Below are positions 1 through 13,005 of a stretch of DNA of 64,000 nt, piece after piece. The notes under the pieces were generated by a model, which was not told where the DNA came from, searched no databases, and worked only from the letters and a program-made list of their open reading frames with translations. A program made the translations under genes and the position numbers. The DNA lies in assembly GCF_006345805.1 (NCBI RefSeq), contig NC_043021.1:27590001-27654000 (forward strand), read 5' to 3'. Source of the DNA: Octopus sinensis (Eukaryota). Position 1 is the first letter of the stretch, and each line of letters begins with the position of its first letter.

Positions 1-150
1 TACGAAGAACGGCGAATAGAATTCCAGACAATCAGCTGCAGTAAAACTTCTTTTCAATATTCGCCCAGTTTCTTTATCTTTATCTTCCTCAATTCAGTTT
101 ATAGAATTTTTCTTTTGGTTTAGTATTTATTTTTGCATTTCCTCATATTA

Positions 151-160
151 TTATTATTAA

Positions 161-201
<41 letters not shown>

Positions 202-207
202 TATTAC

Positions 208-245
<38 letters not shown>

Positions 246-308
246 TATTATTGTTATTATTATTATTGTTATTATTATTATTATTATTATATTATTATAT
301 TATTATTA

Positions 309-361
<53 letters not shown>

Positions 362-392
362 GTATTATATTATTATTATTATTATTGTTATT
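151..392. repeat. (TAT)n microsatellite
   Basis: Near-pure ATT trinucleotide run with occasional variants. Confidence 0.95.
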
Positions 393-837
393 TTTTGTTT
401 CCTTTGCTATTCTTCGACAATAAAATTATTACCTCTGCGACAAACAGAACAAGGCTAAAAAGGAAAAGGAAAATAAAAACAATATGGCGAGTAACTAAAT
501 CTACGAACGCCAGGGCAATAAACAAGATGAAGCTATTGATCCTATGGGAGTTAATCGATAGTCAACCCGACTAATTAGTGTTATTTTTGTTTTTCTTTTC
601 CTTCATAACACCTAACATCGTCGTCGTTATCATCACCACCACCTACACTTTCATCAACATCGTCATCATCATCATTGCCACCGTCATCATCGTCATCGTC
701 ATCGTCATCATTATCGACACCATCATCATCACTACAGCCACTGTCCCCATCACCACCACCATCATCTTCCCCTCCTCGCTTCCCGTCGTCATTCTCAATA
801 CAAATATTAGTATTTTGAGCCTAAAGGAGGAAGGTTT

Positions 838-917
838 CTTTCTTCTTCTTCTTCTTCTTCTTCTTCTTCTTCTTCTTCTCTTCTTCTTCTTCTTCTTCTT
901 CTTCTTCTTCTTCTTCT
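838..917. repeat. (CTT)n microsatellite
   Basis: Direct reading. Confidence 0.95.
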
Positions 918-973
918 TTTCCGCGCAGGCCGACTTTACCTTTCATCCTTTCGGGGTCGATAAACTAAGTACC

Positions 974-1039
<66 letters not shown>

Positions 1040-1040
1040 T

Positions 1041-1285
1041 GAGTGAGAGAGCAGTACATGCCATCAAAGTGACACTGGGGTAACATATACGAAGTCCAGT
1101 ATACCCATTATGACTACCCGTCTGATAAGGGTACACTAGGCACATGCACCACAACCATATGTGCGCGACATGGTGATCTCATACTAAGATAAACAGCACA
1201 TGACCTTGTAGGTGGGGCCCAGTTAGAATTTTCTTCTGGTCGAGTAACCAATTCTGCTCAAAAGGTCCCTGAATAAGGGTTGTTT
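1041..1285 (-). mobile_element. 3' 245 bp of the ~555-bp (AAT)n-tailed non-coding element (copy 1), fused to the R4/Dong 3' UTR
   Basis: GAGTGAGAGAGCAG...GAATAAGGGTTG aligns with copies starting at 4387, 62255 and 63210; preceded by (ATT)n. Confidence 0.85.
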
Positions 1286-3062
1286 GTACTGCGGGTTTGT
1301 ACTGTCTGTCATGTCAAAACAATCACTCCAGACTGACAGTTATTTACGCAATATGCGTGCAGTTCCAGGTAATGTCGACTTCTGTAATGTATCTAGATTA
1401 TAGGGTATATCTAAAGTTTCCAGATATTTCTTTAGATTGGGTAGTATTGATCCAAATGCTCCGATAATAACAGGGACAACCTTTATGCTTAACTCTCGTA
1501 GCTGCTACATCTTAGTAATCTCAATTCTCGGGTCTCCATATTTATCAATCTTTTCTCTTTCTTTCATGATAATATATTGATCTCCTGGCACTACCACGTC
1601 GATTATTAGGTACTCTTGTTTGCCCCTTCTAAAGGTTACTATGTCCGGTCTTCGGTCTTCTGACACCTTTTCAGTCTGGAAGGTAAAAATCTCAGAGGAT
1701 TCTTACCTTCCTTTTTACCTTATGTTGGTACCAAGCACCCGCTACTTAGTATCCATACTTCCGGCATGGTAGCCAGTGAAGGTTTTGTACTAATTTGTCA
1801 TGTCTGTGTTTCTACTCTATCTGCGCAAGATTTTCACAGGCACTAACAATATGTCACGCGTTCGACCCTCTCACCACATATTCTGCAGAGGTTCATTTCA
1901 CTTGTGTGGTATATGCCTCTTTTCACTGAGCTGGTATTCAATGTCTGATCCTGGGCACTCTTCCTGTAGAGCTTTTATACCTCTTCCTGTAGTACGTTTG
2001 CCTTAGGGTGTAGGGCACCATGGATTGTCATTGTTTTTCAGGTAGTGAGATCGAGTTGGTTGATCTCTGCACGTGCTCATTTCAGAATGGGTTCACAATA
2101 GCAACTGTCGTTATGTTGATGACTGTCACAATAGCAACGGTCGTTATGTTGATGACTGTCACAAGGTTCCTTGAGTTGAGTTTTGATTTCAAGAGAAGTT
2201 TGAGGCTTGATGGATATGCTTGATGAATTTGTCTTTCATTTCGCTGGGCAAAATATTGTCCAGTTCCAGGATTCGAAAGTACTTGTACCCAGCTTCATCC
2301 GGTTCTTCCATTCTCTTTCCGTTTGGCAATTCTATGCCCATACAATCTGCTCTTTTCCCTCGTTTCAAAGTGAGCACCGCACAATTCGAGATACCAAATT
2401 CCATCCTTATATCCTTGCTGCACATCTGTACAGTCTCAACCAGCCTCTCCATTCCAGGCTCTGTTTTTGCGAACCGTCTTAAATCATCCAGGTGGTTGAG
2501 ACGAGGTCCATTCTTTTTCATCTCATAGTGCGCGTTGGCTTTGCGTTGGACTACAGAAAGTGGGACCAAACTATAACAAATAACAAAGATGAACAAGAGT
2601 CTCCCTGTAAGACACCTCATTTGATTGTTATCTCGGCTAAGTGTTGTTCTTAATCAGTGTACACACACTCTCAGCTATTCCACGCATGTCGAGTGTTTCC
2701 AAGTCCAGGAATGCGGCCACATGTAGTAACCCATTTTAAATTCTATCCAGGCCATGCAGAAACTTTTTTATAGTACCGTTTGCAGTTTTTCATTACAACC
2801 TTGTCTATAACAAGGCGGTCTTTGGTGCCTTAGGATCCATTTTGTTCTACTGGAGGTAGACTGTTTTCCGCAAGCAACGTATATATTTTCCTTGCGAGGA
2901 AGCCTGTTCACACTTTCCATAAGGCATGCAATGGCTCAGTAATTGCCAACTTTGTTGCCCTTTGACAGATCGTTCATCAACAATGGTGTCTTTCTCTCTT
3001 CAATCCACTGCGAAACTGTACTACTCTGTAGTCAAGTGTCTAATTTCAATGCAATTCACTTG
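1286..3062 (-). mobile_element. Degraded 5'-truncated R4/Dong-like non-LTR retrotransposon (RT + RLE)
   Basis: Minus-strand fragments: HLDDLRRFAK...GYKYFRILELD (RT); RRPDIVTF...YLIIDVVVPGD (RLE PD-D motif); ends GTARILRK* (stop 1340-1342). Multiple frameshifts and stops; (TAT)n at 3067-3112. Confidence 0.85.
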
Positions 3063-3412
3063 TGTGTTATTATTATTATTATTATTATCATTATTATTAT
3101 TATTATTATTATAAAAGGAGAAAGGGGCTCTCTACCCCACTTTGACCAGGCTCCCGTGGCTTTTATGGGTTTTTCCTCGAGTAACCTTTCGAAGCGCCTT
3201 CCCCTATTGGGAATTTCAATTATTATATTTTCGTTGTTATCTCTGGAATTTTTACACGGTTTTTTGCAAACGGACCAAACCCTTTGTAACTTTCGTCCTG
3301 TGTTTTGTCCCTTTATGTTATAATTAATTTTTGTCAGCCCTTGTGGCCAATAAACGAATTAATTATTATTATTGTTATTATTACTATGATTATTATTGTT
3401 ATTGTTGCTGCT

Positions 3413-3780
3413 GTTTGTTTGTTTGTTGTTTGTTGAGCGAACCGGTCATCGTCCGGTAGTGGGAGAAGTCCGAAACGTGGTCCTTTGCTATTCGTAAGAC
3501 CCGCAGAAGAGAAAGCAGATCAACCCCTGACATCGAGAGCATCGGCGGATGGACGAATGCGCATCCAAGCTCAGCGGTTGCGTAGGAAGTCGAGGACAAG
3601 AAACAAGAAGAAAGAGTGAGAGAAAGTACAACAGGGGTCGCCACCATCCCCTGCCAGAGCCTCGTGGAGCTTTAGGTGTTTTCGCTCAATAAACACACAC
3701 AACACCCGGTCTGGGAATCGAAACCCCGATCCTGCGACCGCGAGTCCGCTGCCCTAACCACTGGGCCATTGCGCCTCCAC
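3413..3780 (-). mobile_element. tRNA-derived SINE
   Basis: Minus-strand head TGGCCCAGTGG (A box) and GGTTTCGATTCC (B box); (CAAA)n-like tail. Confidence 0.75.
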
Positions 3781-3931
3781 TGCTGCTGCTGTTGTTGTTA
3801 TCCGCGGAAGTGGACCTTGCCTTTCGTCCCTTTTGGGTCAATGAAATAAGTACCAGTTAGATACTGTGGTCGAGGTAAGTGATTTCACCCTCCTCTCAAA
3901 AACAGCTGCCCTTGTGCCATAATTTGTAACT

Positions 3932-3932
<1 letters not shown>

Positions 3933-3983
<51 letters not shown>

Positions 3984-4046
3984 CATTATTATTATTATTG
4001 CTATTATTATTATTATTATCATTATTATTATTATTATTATTATTGC

Positions 4047-4085
<39 letters not shown>

Positions 4086-4135
4086 CATTATTATAATTAT
4101 TATTATTATTATTATCATTATTATTATTATTATTA

Positions 4136-4184
<49 letters not shown>

Positions 4185-4251
4185 TATTGCTATTATTATT
4201 ATTATTATTATTATCATTATTATAATTATTATTATTATTATCATTATTATT

Positions 4252-4304
<53 letters not shown>

Positions 4305-4336
4305 TATTGCTATTATTATTATTATTATTATTATTA

Positions 4337-4386
<50 letters not shown>
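3933..4386. repeat. Compound (ATT)n array with ATC/GCT/AATG variants
   Basis: Direct reading; variant block TTAATGTTATTGCT occurs twice, 120 bp apart. Confidence 0.95.
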
Positions 4387-4853
4387 GAGTGAGAGAGCAG
4401 TTCATGCCATCAAAGTGACACTGGGGTAAAATATACGAAGCCCAATATACCCATCATGACTACCCGTCTGATAAAGGTACACCAGGCACATGCATCACAA
4501 CCATATGTGCGCGACATGGTGATCTCATATCAAGATAAACAGCACATGACCTTGCAGGTGGGGCCTAGTTAGAATTTTCTTCAGGTTGAGTAGCCCATCC
4601 CGCTCAAACGGTCCCTGAATAAGGGTTGCTTAAGGATGTTGAAAGAACCACCCATGTTTCCAGAGGTGAACTATTCAAACCCCAAAGAATCCCTCTCAAC
4701 ACATGGCTATGATGCTCCCCCACTACTTCTGCTCGTGATCAGAGATGCACATATCGTCAGCCACTAAGGGACATGCTCAACTAGTTAAGGTCAAACAACT
4801 GACAAGCAAATCTGTGGTATTGAGCAGCATATTTGCTGTAGCCCATCTTTTAT
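4387..4853 (-). mobile_element. ~555-bp (AAT)n-tailed non-coding element (copy 2, 5'-truncated)
   Basis: High identity to 63210-63670. Confidence 0.85.
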
Positions 4854-7269
4854 TATTATTATTCTGTTTGACTTTTGCTTTATATTTGTACAAGTTGGCT
4901 CCAAGTCTCACCCAGAGACCTCAAGAGACAACAGGGTTGGAAGTTCATGTTGTTGTTATGCCTAGTGTGCCATATATTTGGGGGTGGGGATGTTGTACTA
5001 ATGAATGTCTAAAAAAAATAAAAAAAAAACAAAAAAAAAAAATTTTTTTTTTAATTATTTTTTTTTTCCCTTTTTTTTTATACCGAAAATTATGTTTGTT
5101 TTAAACCTTGAGATTACATAGAAAGTATTTTGCGTAGGATATGAGCAGTTCCCATGAGCACTATCTTTTGAATTTCTGCCATTTTTGGGTTTCCTGGTAT
5201 CTGAGTTAGGTAGCTATCTGCCCCTTTTGCTATCATTCCCAGGGCACCTATGACAACAGGTATTGTTTTAATCTTCAGCTTCCACATTTTGCTGATTTCT
5301 ATTTCAAGATCTTTATATTTGCTCAGTTTTTGGTAGGTCTTGACAGATACGTTTATATCGATTGGGACAGTCATATCAATGAGGAGGCATGTTCTTTGTT
5401 TGAAGTCTTTCAATATGATGTCTGGCCTATTTGCATCTATCTTTCTGTCAGTTTGAATGGCGAAGTTCCAGAGGAGTGAGATGTGGTCATTTTCAAGCAC
5501 TGGGGGTGGTTTGTGTTCCCACCAGTTTTTTTTCATGGGGCAAATCCAGGTTTTTACAGATTACCCAGTGAATATATTGTGCAGCTCTATCGTGCCTGTT
5601 GAGATATTCTGTAGGCGCTAGAAGACTGCACTTGGAGACCACATGGTCAATGGTTTCATTTTGTTGCTTGCATACACGACACGTTGGACTGCTTCTGATC
5701 TTTAATATGTTGGCCTGGTAGTTTCTTGTTGGTAGGCATTGATCTTGAGCTGCTATGATAAACCCCTCTGTTTCAGATTTTAAGCCAGAGGCCATTAGCC
5801 ATTGATGGGTCAGGGCTTTGTCAACATCTGCATTATTTGCACTCTTTGGGTATTTGCCATAGAGAGGTTTTTCTTGCCATTTATCATTCAGAATATCTAA
5901 GGCCGCAGATTTAGCACGGGTTTTCACGCGCTTAGCTTTTTCTGTGCCTGTTTCTTGTATGTCTGTCTCTAATTCCGAAATTTGTTGTATTCGGACTTCA
6001 CTTAGATATTCCTTTGCCTGTTTTGTTACTGAGTATGATGCTTTCTTGTTTTCATGTTTTGAGACAAGTTTTAACATCCAATCCTCAGAGTTTTTCAGGT
6101 AGGTGTCTAGGCCAATTGTAGCAATCTTCATTGTTATTGCCAGTTGTAAAAGTCCACGGCCTCCCTCTTTTCTTGGCAGATAAAGTCGTTCTGTATCTGC
6201 CTTAGGGTGGTGCATTCTATGCATTGTCAACAGTTTCGTATTTTTCTGTCAAGATTACATATTTCAGTAATTGACCAGTTAACGATACTGAAACTGTAAG
6301 TCACGACTGGTATGGCTAATGCATTGATCGCTTCGATCCTGTTTCTCGCATTCAGCTCTGTCTTGAGTATTGCTCTTACTCTGCGATAGCATTCTCTCCT
6401 GATCCTTTCCTTCATCTCTGAATGCCTTATTCCTTCTCCTTCAATTACCCCTAGATACTTGTAGTTCTCTGCTGGGTCTAATTCTTTTATGACATTCTGC
6501 TGGTCAAGGTTAACGTTAGATGTTTCTGTCATTTTTCCTTTGATAAAGGTAGCTTTTGCGCATTTATCGAGGCCAAATTGCATTCTGATGTCATCACTGA
6601 ATTGTTTGACAATCGCTAGTAAGCCCTTGAGTTGTTGGTCATCTTTTGCAAAGAGCTTTAAATCATCCATGTAAATGAGATGATTTATATTTTTATCAAA
6701 CATTTTATATCCGTACTGCGCATCATTGAGCAGTTTTGAGAGAGGTATTAAGGCTAAACAGAAGAGGAGCGGTGATAGTGAGTCACCCTGGAAAATGCCA
6801 CATGAAATTTTTACATCACCAGCATTTAGGGATTCATTGTCACTGTTCATAGTTAGTGTGGTTCTCCATGATCTCATACTTACAGACAAAAAGTTTCGCA
6901 GAGCAGGTGCTATCTTATACATTTCTAGGCATTTATTAATCCAGCTATGTGGTAGGCTATCAAAAGCCTTTTTATAGTCTATCCAGGCTATTGATAAGTT
7001 TTTGTGTCGTTTGTGACAATCTTCTAAGATCATCTTATTGATGAGTAGTTGATCTTTACAACCGTAGGATCCACGTTTACATCCTTTCTGTTCATTAGGG
7101 AATATGCTGCTATCTGTCAAAAAACTATAGGTATATTCCGTCAGGACAGATGTTAGTGTTTTATACATAGTTGTTAAGCAGGTTATGGGTCTATAGTTTT
7201 TGGGTTCATTTGTTTCTTCACTTTTTGGAAGCAGGAATGTTAACCCATTAACTAGCCAAGGAGGCATCC

Positions 7270-7270
<1 letters not shown>
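4854..7270 (-). mobile_element. 5'-truncated R4/Dong-like non-LTR retrotransposon with (AAT)n tail
   Basis: RT motifs (QGDSLSPLLF, YMDD), CCHC finger (CRVC...HVVSKC), RLE (RPDIIL...LIDMTVP), ~250-bp 3' UTR, (TAA)n on both sides. Confidence 0.93.
5114..7267 (-). pseudogene. R4/Dong-type RT-CCHC-RLE polyprotein split by two 1-nt frameshifts
   Basis: ORFs 6227-7267, 5493-6230 and 5114-5536 join into one RT/zinc-knuckle/restriction-like endonuclease protein. Confidence 0.9.
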
Positions 7271-7323
<53 letters not shown>

Positions 7324-7349
7324 TATTGCTATTATTATTATTATTATTA

Positions 7350-7380
<31 letters not shown>

Positions 7381-7514
7381 AATTAATGTTATTGCTATTA
7401 TTATTATTATTATTATCATTATTGTCATTATTATTATTATTATTATATTATTATTATTATTGCTATTATTATTATTATTATTATCATTATTATAATTATT
7501 ATTATTTATTATTA

Positions 7515-7553
<39 letters not shown>

Positions 7554-7554
7554 T

Positions 7555-7589
<35 letters not shown>

Positions 7590-7633
7590 TATATTATTAT
7601 TATTTTATTATTGCTATTATTATTATTATTATA

Positions 7634-7670
<37 letters not shown>

Positions 7671-7686
7671 GCTATTATTATTATTA

Positions 7687-7732
<46 letters not shown>
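7271..7732. repeat. Compound (ATT)n array
   Basis: Direct reading; shares rare variant blocks with the 3933-4386 array. Confidence 0.95.
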
Positions 7733-8272
7733 ATTGATCAGCATTTGGTAGCTTGAGGCCAATTTCTACTGCATCACTTGCTGCACCTCCGAGTTGCTGG
7801 GTAGTGAGCAGCATCGTGCGTTCTTTTCTGTTGTTAGGGGTGCGCAAACTCTTCCAGGTATTTTACTTTGTTATTTTTCTCCTTGGGGTGTTATGCACTC
7901 CTTTGCTGTATTACTGCTTGTAGTATATGTCGAGTGTGTAATGCGTTGGTTATACGGATTGCTGGTGGGAGTTTATTTCAGTGGCTAATTACCATATAGT
8001 GTATGTCGTGTGTTTGTGAGTAATTTTGTTTAGGTTGTATTATTGAATTGATAAAGTCATAAGTAGGATTTGGGTTGTTCCTAGAAGCTCTATATTTTGG
8101 ATAGTGTGTAGTGTTGAGAATCCAGGTGTAGCTTCTATGTTTTTGTTCATATGTTTTTTTATCGTTCCTAATGCTCAAAATATTATTGGTATTGTTATCA
8201 CCTTCATGCTCCACATATTGAATACATCAATTTCGAGATCTTTGTACTTTGACAATTTCTCTACTTCTTCTT
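7733..8272 (-). mobile_element. 3' fragment of another R4/Dong-like element (RLE C-terminus + 3' UTR)
   Basis: Minus translation KEVEKLSKYKDLEIDVFNMWSMKVITIPIIF*ALGTIKK...LLGTTQILLMTLSIQ*, homologous to the C-termini of the other copies; UTR runs into (AAT)n. Confidence 0.85.
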
Positions 8273-8470
8273 AAGGCGGCGAGCTGGCAGAAACGGGAGC
8301 ACGCCGGACGAAATGCTTAGCGGTGTTTCGTCTGTCTTTACGTTCTGAGTTCAAATTCCGCCGAGGACGACTTTGCTTTTCATCCTTTCAGAGTCGATAA
8401 ATTAAGTACTAGTTGCGTACTGGAGTCGATCTAATCGACTGGATCCCTTCCCAATAATTTCGGGCCTTGT
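8273..8470 (+). mobile_element. tRNA-derived SINE family A
   Basis: GGCGGCGAGCTGGCAGAA head, GAGTTCAAATTCC B box; homologues at ~23395-23570, 36680-36825(-), 46330-46500, 51760-52150(-). Confidence 0.8.
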
Positions 8471-8562
8471 AGAATTTCTCCACTTCTTTTTGGACAATAT
8501 TTTGAGCAGAAGGGACTGTAATGTTTATCAGTAAGCATGTGTTTTTTTCGCAATCGCTGATT

Positions 8563-8688
8563 TCTTCTTCTTCTTCTTCTTCTTCTTCTTCTTCTTCTTC
8601 TTCTTCTTCTTCTTCTTCTTCTTCTTCTTCTTCTTCTTCTTCTTCTTCTTCTTCTTCTTCTTCTTCTTCTTCTTCTTCTTCTTCTTCT
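8563..8688. repeat. Pure (CTT)n microsatellite
   Basis: Direct reading. Confidence 0.97.
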
Positions 8689-8791
8689 ATGAGAAATTAT
8701 TAATCTAGGATCCAGATATCTTACTAAATGTACCACCGAGCACAGCTCTCTCTATCTATTTTGCTTTCTCCTTCACTTCACATCTTTTCTC

Positions 8792-8822
<31 letters not shown>

Positions 8823-9319
8823 TTCTCACTGTCCCTTCCTCTGTCCCTCTCTCTCTCTCTCTCTGTCTTTCGTACGTGTTTTTGCTTTTGTTCTTTTAGT
8901 CTATATAACCTACACTGCATTAGTATGTTCTTCATGTCCTTGTTGTTATTATTATTGTCCACCTCCTCCTCTTCCTCCTCCTCCTCCTCATCATCATCAT
9001 CATCATCGTCATCATTCTCATTAATGTTGTTTTAATTATATCAATCCAAAGTGTTTTCTTACTCACCCACCAACACTGCTGCTAATTCTGTGCTTCAAAT
9101 GCATTTCTTAATGCGCATGTGTATGTGTGCAACATGCATGCAGTTTCTCTCGGTGCACCCTGCGCTCAATACTTTTTTTAATGTCTTCTTAATAACTGCT
9201 TCCCCCCCTCCAAACTCTGTAAATAAGTTTTCATGCACAAAGTAATGCTTTGTTCGGTAAAATATAATCGTTGTTAACGACGCACAAGACAATGTAGTTG
9301 AAGGATAGAGGGCGTTATG

Positions 9320-9787
9320 CAATTATCAATATCATCACCACTACCACCGTCATCACCACTACCACCGTCATCCTCATCATCATCATCATCATCACCACTA
9401 CCACCGTCATCCTCTTCATCATCAGTAGCAGCAGCAGTAGCATGATCATGATCATGATCATGGATATCATCATCATCATTTTCATCGTCATCATCATCGT
9501 CGTCTTCATCATCATCATCTCGTCATCGTTATTGTCACCATCATCATCATCATCATCATCATCATCCTCACCACCACCACGATCATCATCATCATCATCA
9601 CCACCATCATCATCATCATCATCATCCTCACCACCACCACGATCATCATCATCATCATCACCACCATCATCATCATCATCATCATCCTCACCACCACCAC
9701 GATCATCATCATCCTCACCACCACCACGATCATCATCACCACCACCACCACCACCATCACCATCACCATCACTATCATCACCACCAC

Positions 9788-9832
<45 letters not shown>

Positions 9833-9870
9833 TATCATCATCATCATCATCATCATCACCATCATCATCA
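9320..9870. repeat. Compound (CAT)n/(CAC)n array with ~60-bp higher-order unit
   Basis: Unit containing CATCCTCACCACCACCACGATCAT recurs at 60-bp spacing around 9560-9740. Confidence 0.9.
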
Positions 9871-9889
9871 GTAGCAGTTGCAGCATCAA

Positions 9890-10147
9890 ATAAACCCCTG
9901 TTTCGAGTCCCATGACTTACAGAGCCAGGTGTCCGGTTCACTCCGCGCATATGTGACCACGATGTCAACCATTCCAGCATGACTGGACGCAAGTCGTCCA
10001 TAGAGTTACACATTTATAGCTCAGTGGACTGAAGCACATCGAAATGAAATGCTTTTTTCAAAAAACACAACGAACCCCACGGCCCTGGAAGCAAAACCAT
10101 TACCTTGCGACCGTGAATACGACATTGCAACCACTTGGCCACCTGCC
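9890..10147 (-). mobile_element. Degraded tRNA-derived SINE (family B-like)
   Basis: Minus head GGTGGCCAAGTGGTTG; body similar to the 14967 and 27673 copies. Confidence 0.55.
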
Positions 10148-10280
10148 TTACGTGGCATATAAGCAACCACTATATACCTCAGTATATTACTGGTACTCTT
10201 ATTACTTGTTAAACTTGGGAAACATATCCAGAAAAGTCACCTACTAGAATCTAGATATGTATAATCTACATGCCTAACAA

Positions 10281-10837
10281 TTCGGTTGTCCCGAAAGTTC
10301 GTGCCGATTTTTAAAGGAAAGAAAAAAATCAATAAATACTTGCCATTAGATTTTTAATCAACCAAATATGAACCATTTTGTTGCACAATGCATCTCCCTC
10401 TTTCCTTTAAATCGAAAATACCCTCTTCCCAGAATTGAGGTGGTTTCATGGCAAAGAATTCATCAAGATATCTTTTTACGTCATCCAAGGAATTGAAATT
10501 TTTACCATTAAGACTATTCTGCAGAGACCTGAATAAGTGGAAATCCAAAGGAGCAATATCTGGTGAATATGGAGGGTGGGGTAACACATCCCAGCCGAGC
10601 TGCAGCAATTTTTGTCTGGTTCCCAAAGCATCAAGTGCTGAAAATGAACTTTCCTATCTTCCATTTTAAAGGGTTACAAAATTAACACAAGTTATAGGAA
10701 TATGAAGCTTCTTCCACGAAAACTGTGCTCTAAATGGAGGTGTAGCCAAATCCTATTTTATGGACTCAATCAAGTTCTAAAATAAGTCGAAAGGGAAGCT
10801 ATTACAAATCGGCACAAACTTTCCGGACAACCCGATA
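10281..10837 (-). mobile_element. Internally deleted mariner transposon with both TIRs
   Basis: ~29-bp TIRs (TCGGTTGTCCCGAAAGTTCGTGCCGATTT / AAATCGGCACAAACTTTCCGGACAACCCGA); ORF 10354-10626 contains HPPYSPDIAPLDFHLF. Confidence 0.9.
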
Positions 10838-11257
10838 CAAAGATATCGCAGTGGTTTCATGCGGTTAAAACTGACTCGAACATATAACATTCTACTGTGA
10901 ACTAAACACATTAACCACTAGGTCACACAACTTTATAGAAGTTCCTGCATGCAGGAAAATTATTATTCTCAGCAGAACAGAAAAATGCTGTTATACGTCA
11001 GATGGCTTTAGAAATTAAATTTTGATTTCAAATTTTAGTACAACGCCAGTAATTTCGGGGGTGCAGGTGGGGTCTGAGTCTATTACATTGACCTTAGTGT
11101 ATTAGTAGTACTTATGTTATCGGATGAAAGACAAAGTTGACCTCGGCGGAATTTGAACTCAGAACTACGGTAGGCTCGTGCTGACCAATGCCATGTGAGT
11201 GGACTTGGTAGACGGAAACTGTAAGAAGCCCGTCATATACATGAGTATATGTTTGGG

Positions 11258-11288
<31 letters not shown>

Positions 11289-11417
11289 TTGACTCCACCA
11301 CCGCTTGACAACCGTAACTTAGTGGTTGGACGATAACGATCGCTAGAATAAGTATTAAGCTTTAAAAAATAGTATTGAGGTCGATTTATTCGACCAAAAT
11401 TATTCAAGGTGGTGCAC

Positions 11418-11452
<35 letters not shown>

Positions 11453-11535
11453 TATATATATATGCATGTATATATATTATATATATGTATGTATATATAT
11501 ATATATATTATATATATATATATATATAATATATA

Positions 11536-11574
<39 letters not shown>

Positions 11575-11576
11575 GT

Positions 11577-11629
<53 letters not shown>

Positions 11630-11660
11630 TATATATATATATATATATAATGTATATAAT

Positions 11661-12213
11661 GCCAGGTCACTTTCGAGTGCTACTGGTAACATGTAACACA
11701 GTACAACCTGTTGCATGGTCGGGTCGTCGACGACTAAACCGGCAACCCCACCAAGCTTGCTTGGTGAGGAGGGTGTTTCCTGGACACCCTGCAGGATGAA
11801 AAACAAAACCCGTCAAAGGGCAGAGGAACTCTTGAGAGTCAACGGCCATCCAATAAATGTCTTAAGGCTGTATCATGCGCGGGGACATAGAAATAATCGG
11901 ACTGAATACCCGATCGCGCGGTTAAACCATTTGGGAGTGAAGGACTCCTAGCCTTTGCTAGGGCATCCTTCTAGGAGAAGGTAACTCAGGTAACTGGGAT
12001 ACCTCCGACATAAAACCTGCGGCTCAGTGGTTAGCGATGATGTCGACTTGTTCTTCTTTTCGGATTATGGCTGCTGTTGCTTAGTGAGTGGGATTAACTC
12101 AGTGCACAGCCTTTCCTCACTTAAAAAAAAATCTTCTTGCACAGGCATTGCACGATAACAACATTGATTAAGCTTCGTGCAATGGCCATACTCGATAACG
12201 AGGGGGCAACCAC
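11661..12213 (+). mobile_element. RTE-like 5' UTR-type non-coding repeat (copy A)
   Basis: Homologous to 16680-17138(-); contains CTAGGAGAAGGTAACTC, a motif I associate with RTE 5' UTRs (recalled, not searched). Confidence 0.5.
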
Positions 12214-12214
12214 C

Positions 12215-12290
<76 letters not shown>

Positions 12291-12579
12291 ATATAAAACA
12301 ATATATATAATATATATATATAAACAATTCCTGAATTGAACTGCGACTGCTGTCCGCCACTGACCATCAAAATACGACCATCAAGGCATCCCCAGATTTC
12401 CCCACCCTCTCTCCACATCAGCCTTCTGCTTCTCCTACCAAGAACTCACAACGACCTCGAACACACAAGTGCAAACAAGGGAGTCAGAGAAAGGCAGAAT
12501 GCCACTTATATCTGAACACTACTATAGAAATATCCCTAAAAAAACTTTCTTCTAATTTTTCTAAATTTAATATTAATCG

Positions 12580-12623
12580 TTACAGTTGAAAAGGTCTCAA
12601 AATGACCGAAACCGGTACTGAAA
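12580..12623 (+). ncRNA. Minimal type I hammerhead ribozyme motif, U3-A8 core, in a Penelope-like terminal repeat
   Basis: CAG-TTGAAAA-GGTC-TCAAAAT-GACC-GAAAC-CG-GTA-CTG; stems I, II and III all close. Confidence 0.7.
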
Positions 12624-12764
12624 GATTCACTATAAAATTATCTTAGCATTTTCTATTTTTGACTTGTTTTTCATATATATATAAATTATTATATATATAT
12701 ATATATATATTTATTATATATATATATATTTATTATATATATGTATGTATATATATATATTTAA

Positions 12765-12854
<90 letters not shown>

Positions 12855-12908
12855 GTCTGTCTGTCGGTCTGTCTGTCTGTCTGTCTGTCTGTGTCTTGTC
12901 TCTCTCTC

Positions 12909-12941
<33 letters not shown>

Positions 12942-12972
12942 ATATATAATATTATATATATATAATATATAG

Positions 12973-13005
<33 letters not shown>

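Noticed and set aside
9066-9216. Minus-strand segment bounded by a good acceptor and a GTGAGT donor
   Set aside because: All three frames contain stops; it could only be non-coding and there is no further support.
9560-9740. Regularly spaced repeats suggestive of a CRISPR array
   Set aside because: Eukaryotic context, no unique spacers and no cas genes; it is a higher-order microsatellite.
9315-10013. 232-aa Asp/Gly-rich ORF resembling an acidic biomineralisation protein
   Set aside because: Entirely explained by the (CAT)/(CAC) array; its N-terminus derives from a SINE remnant, and several frames are open.
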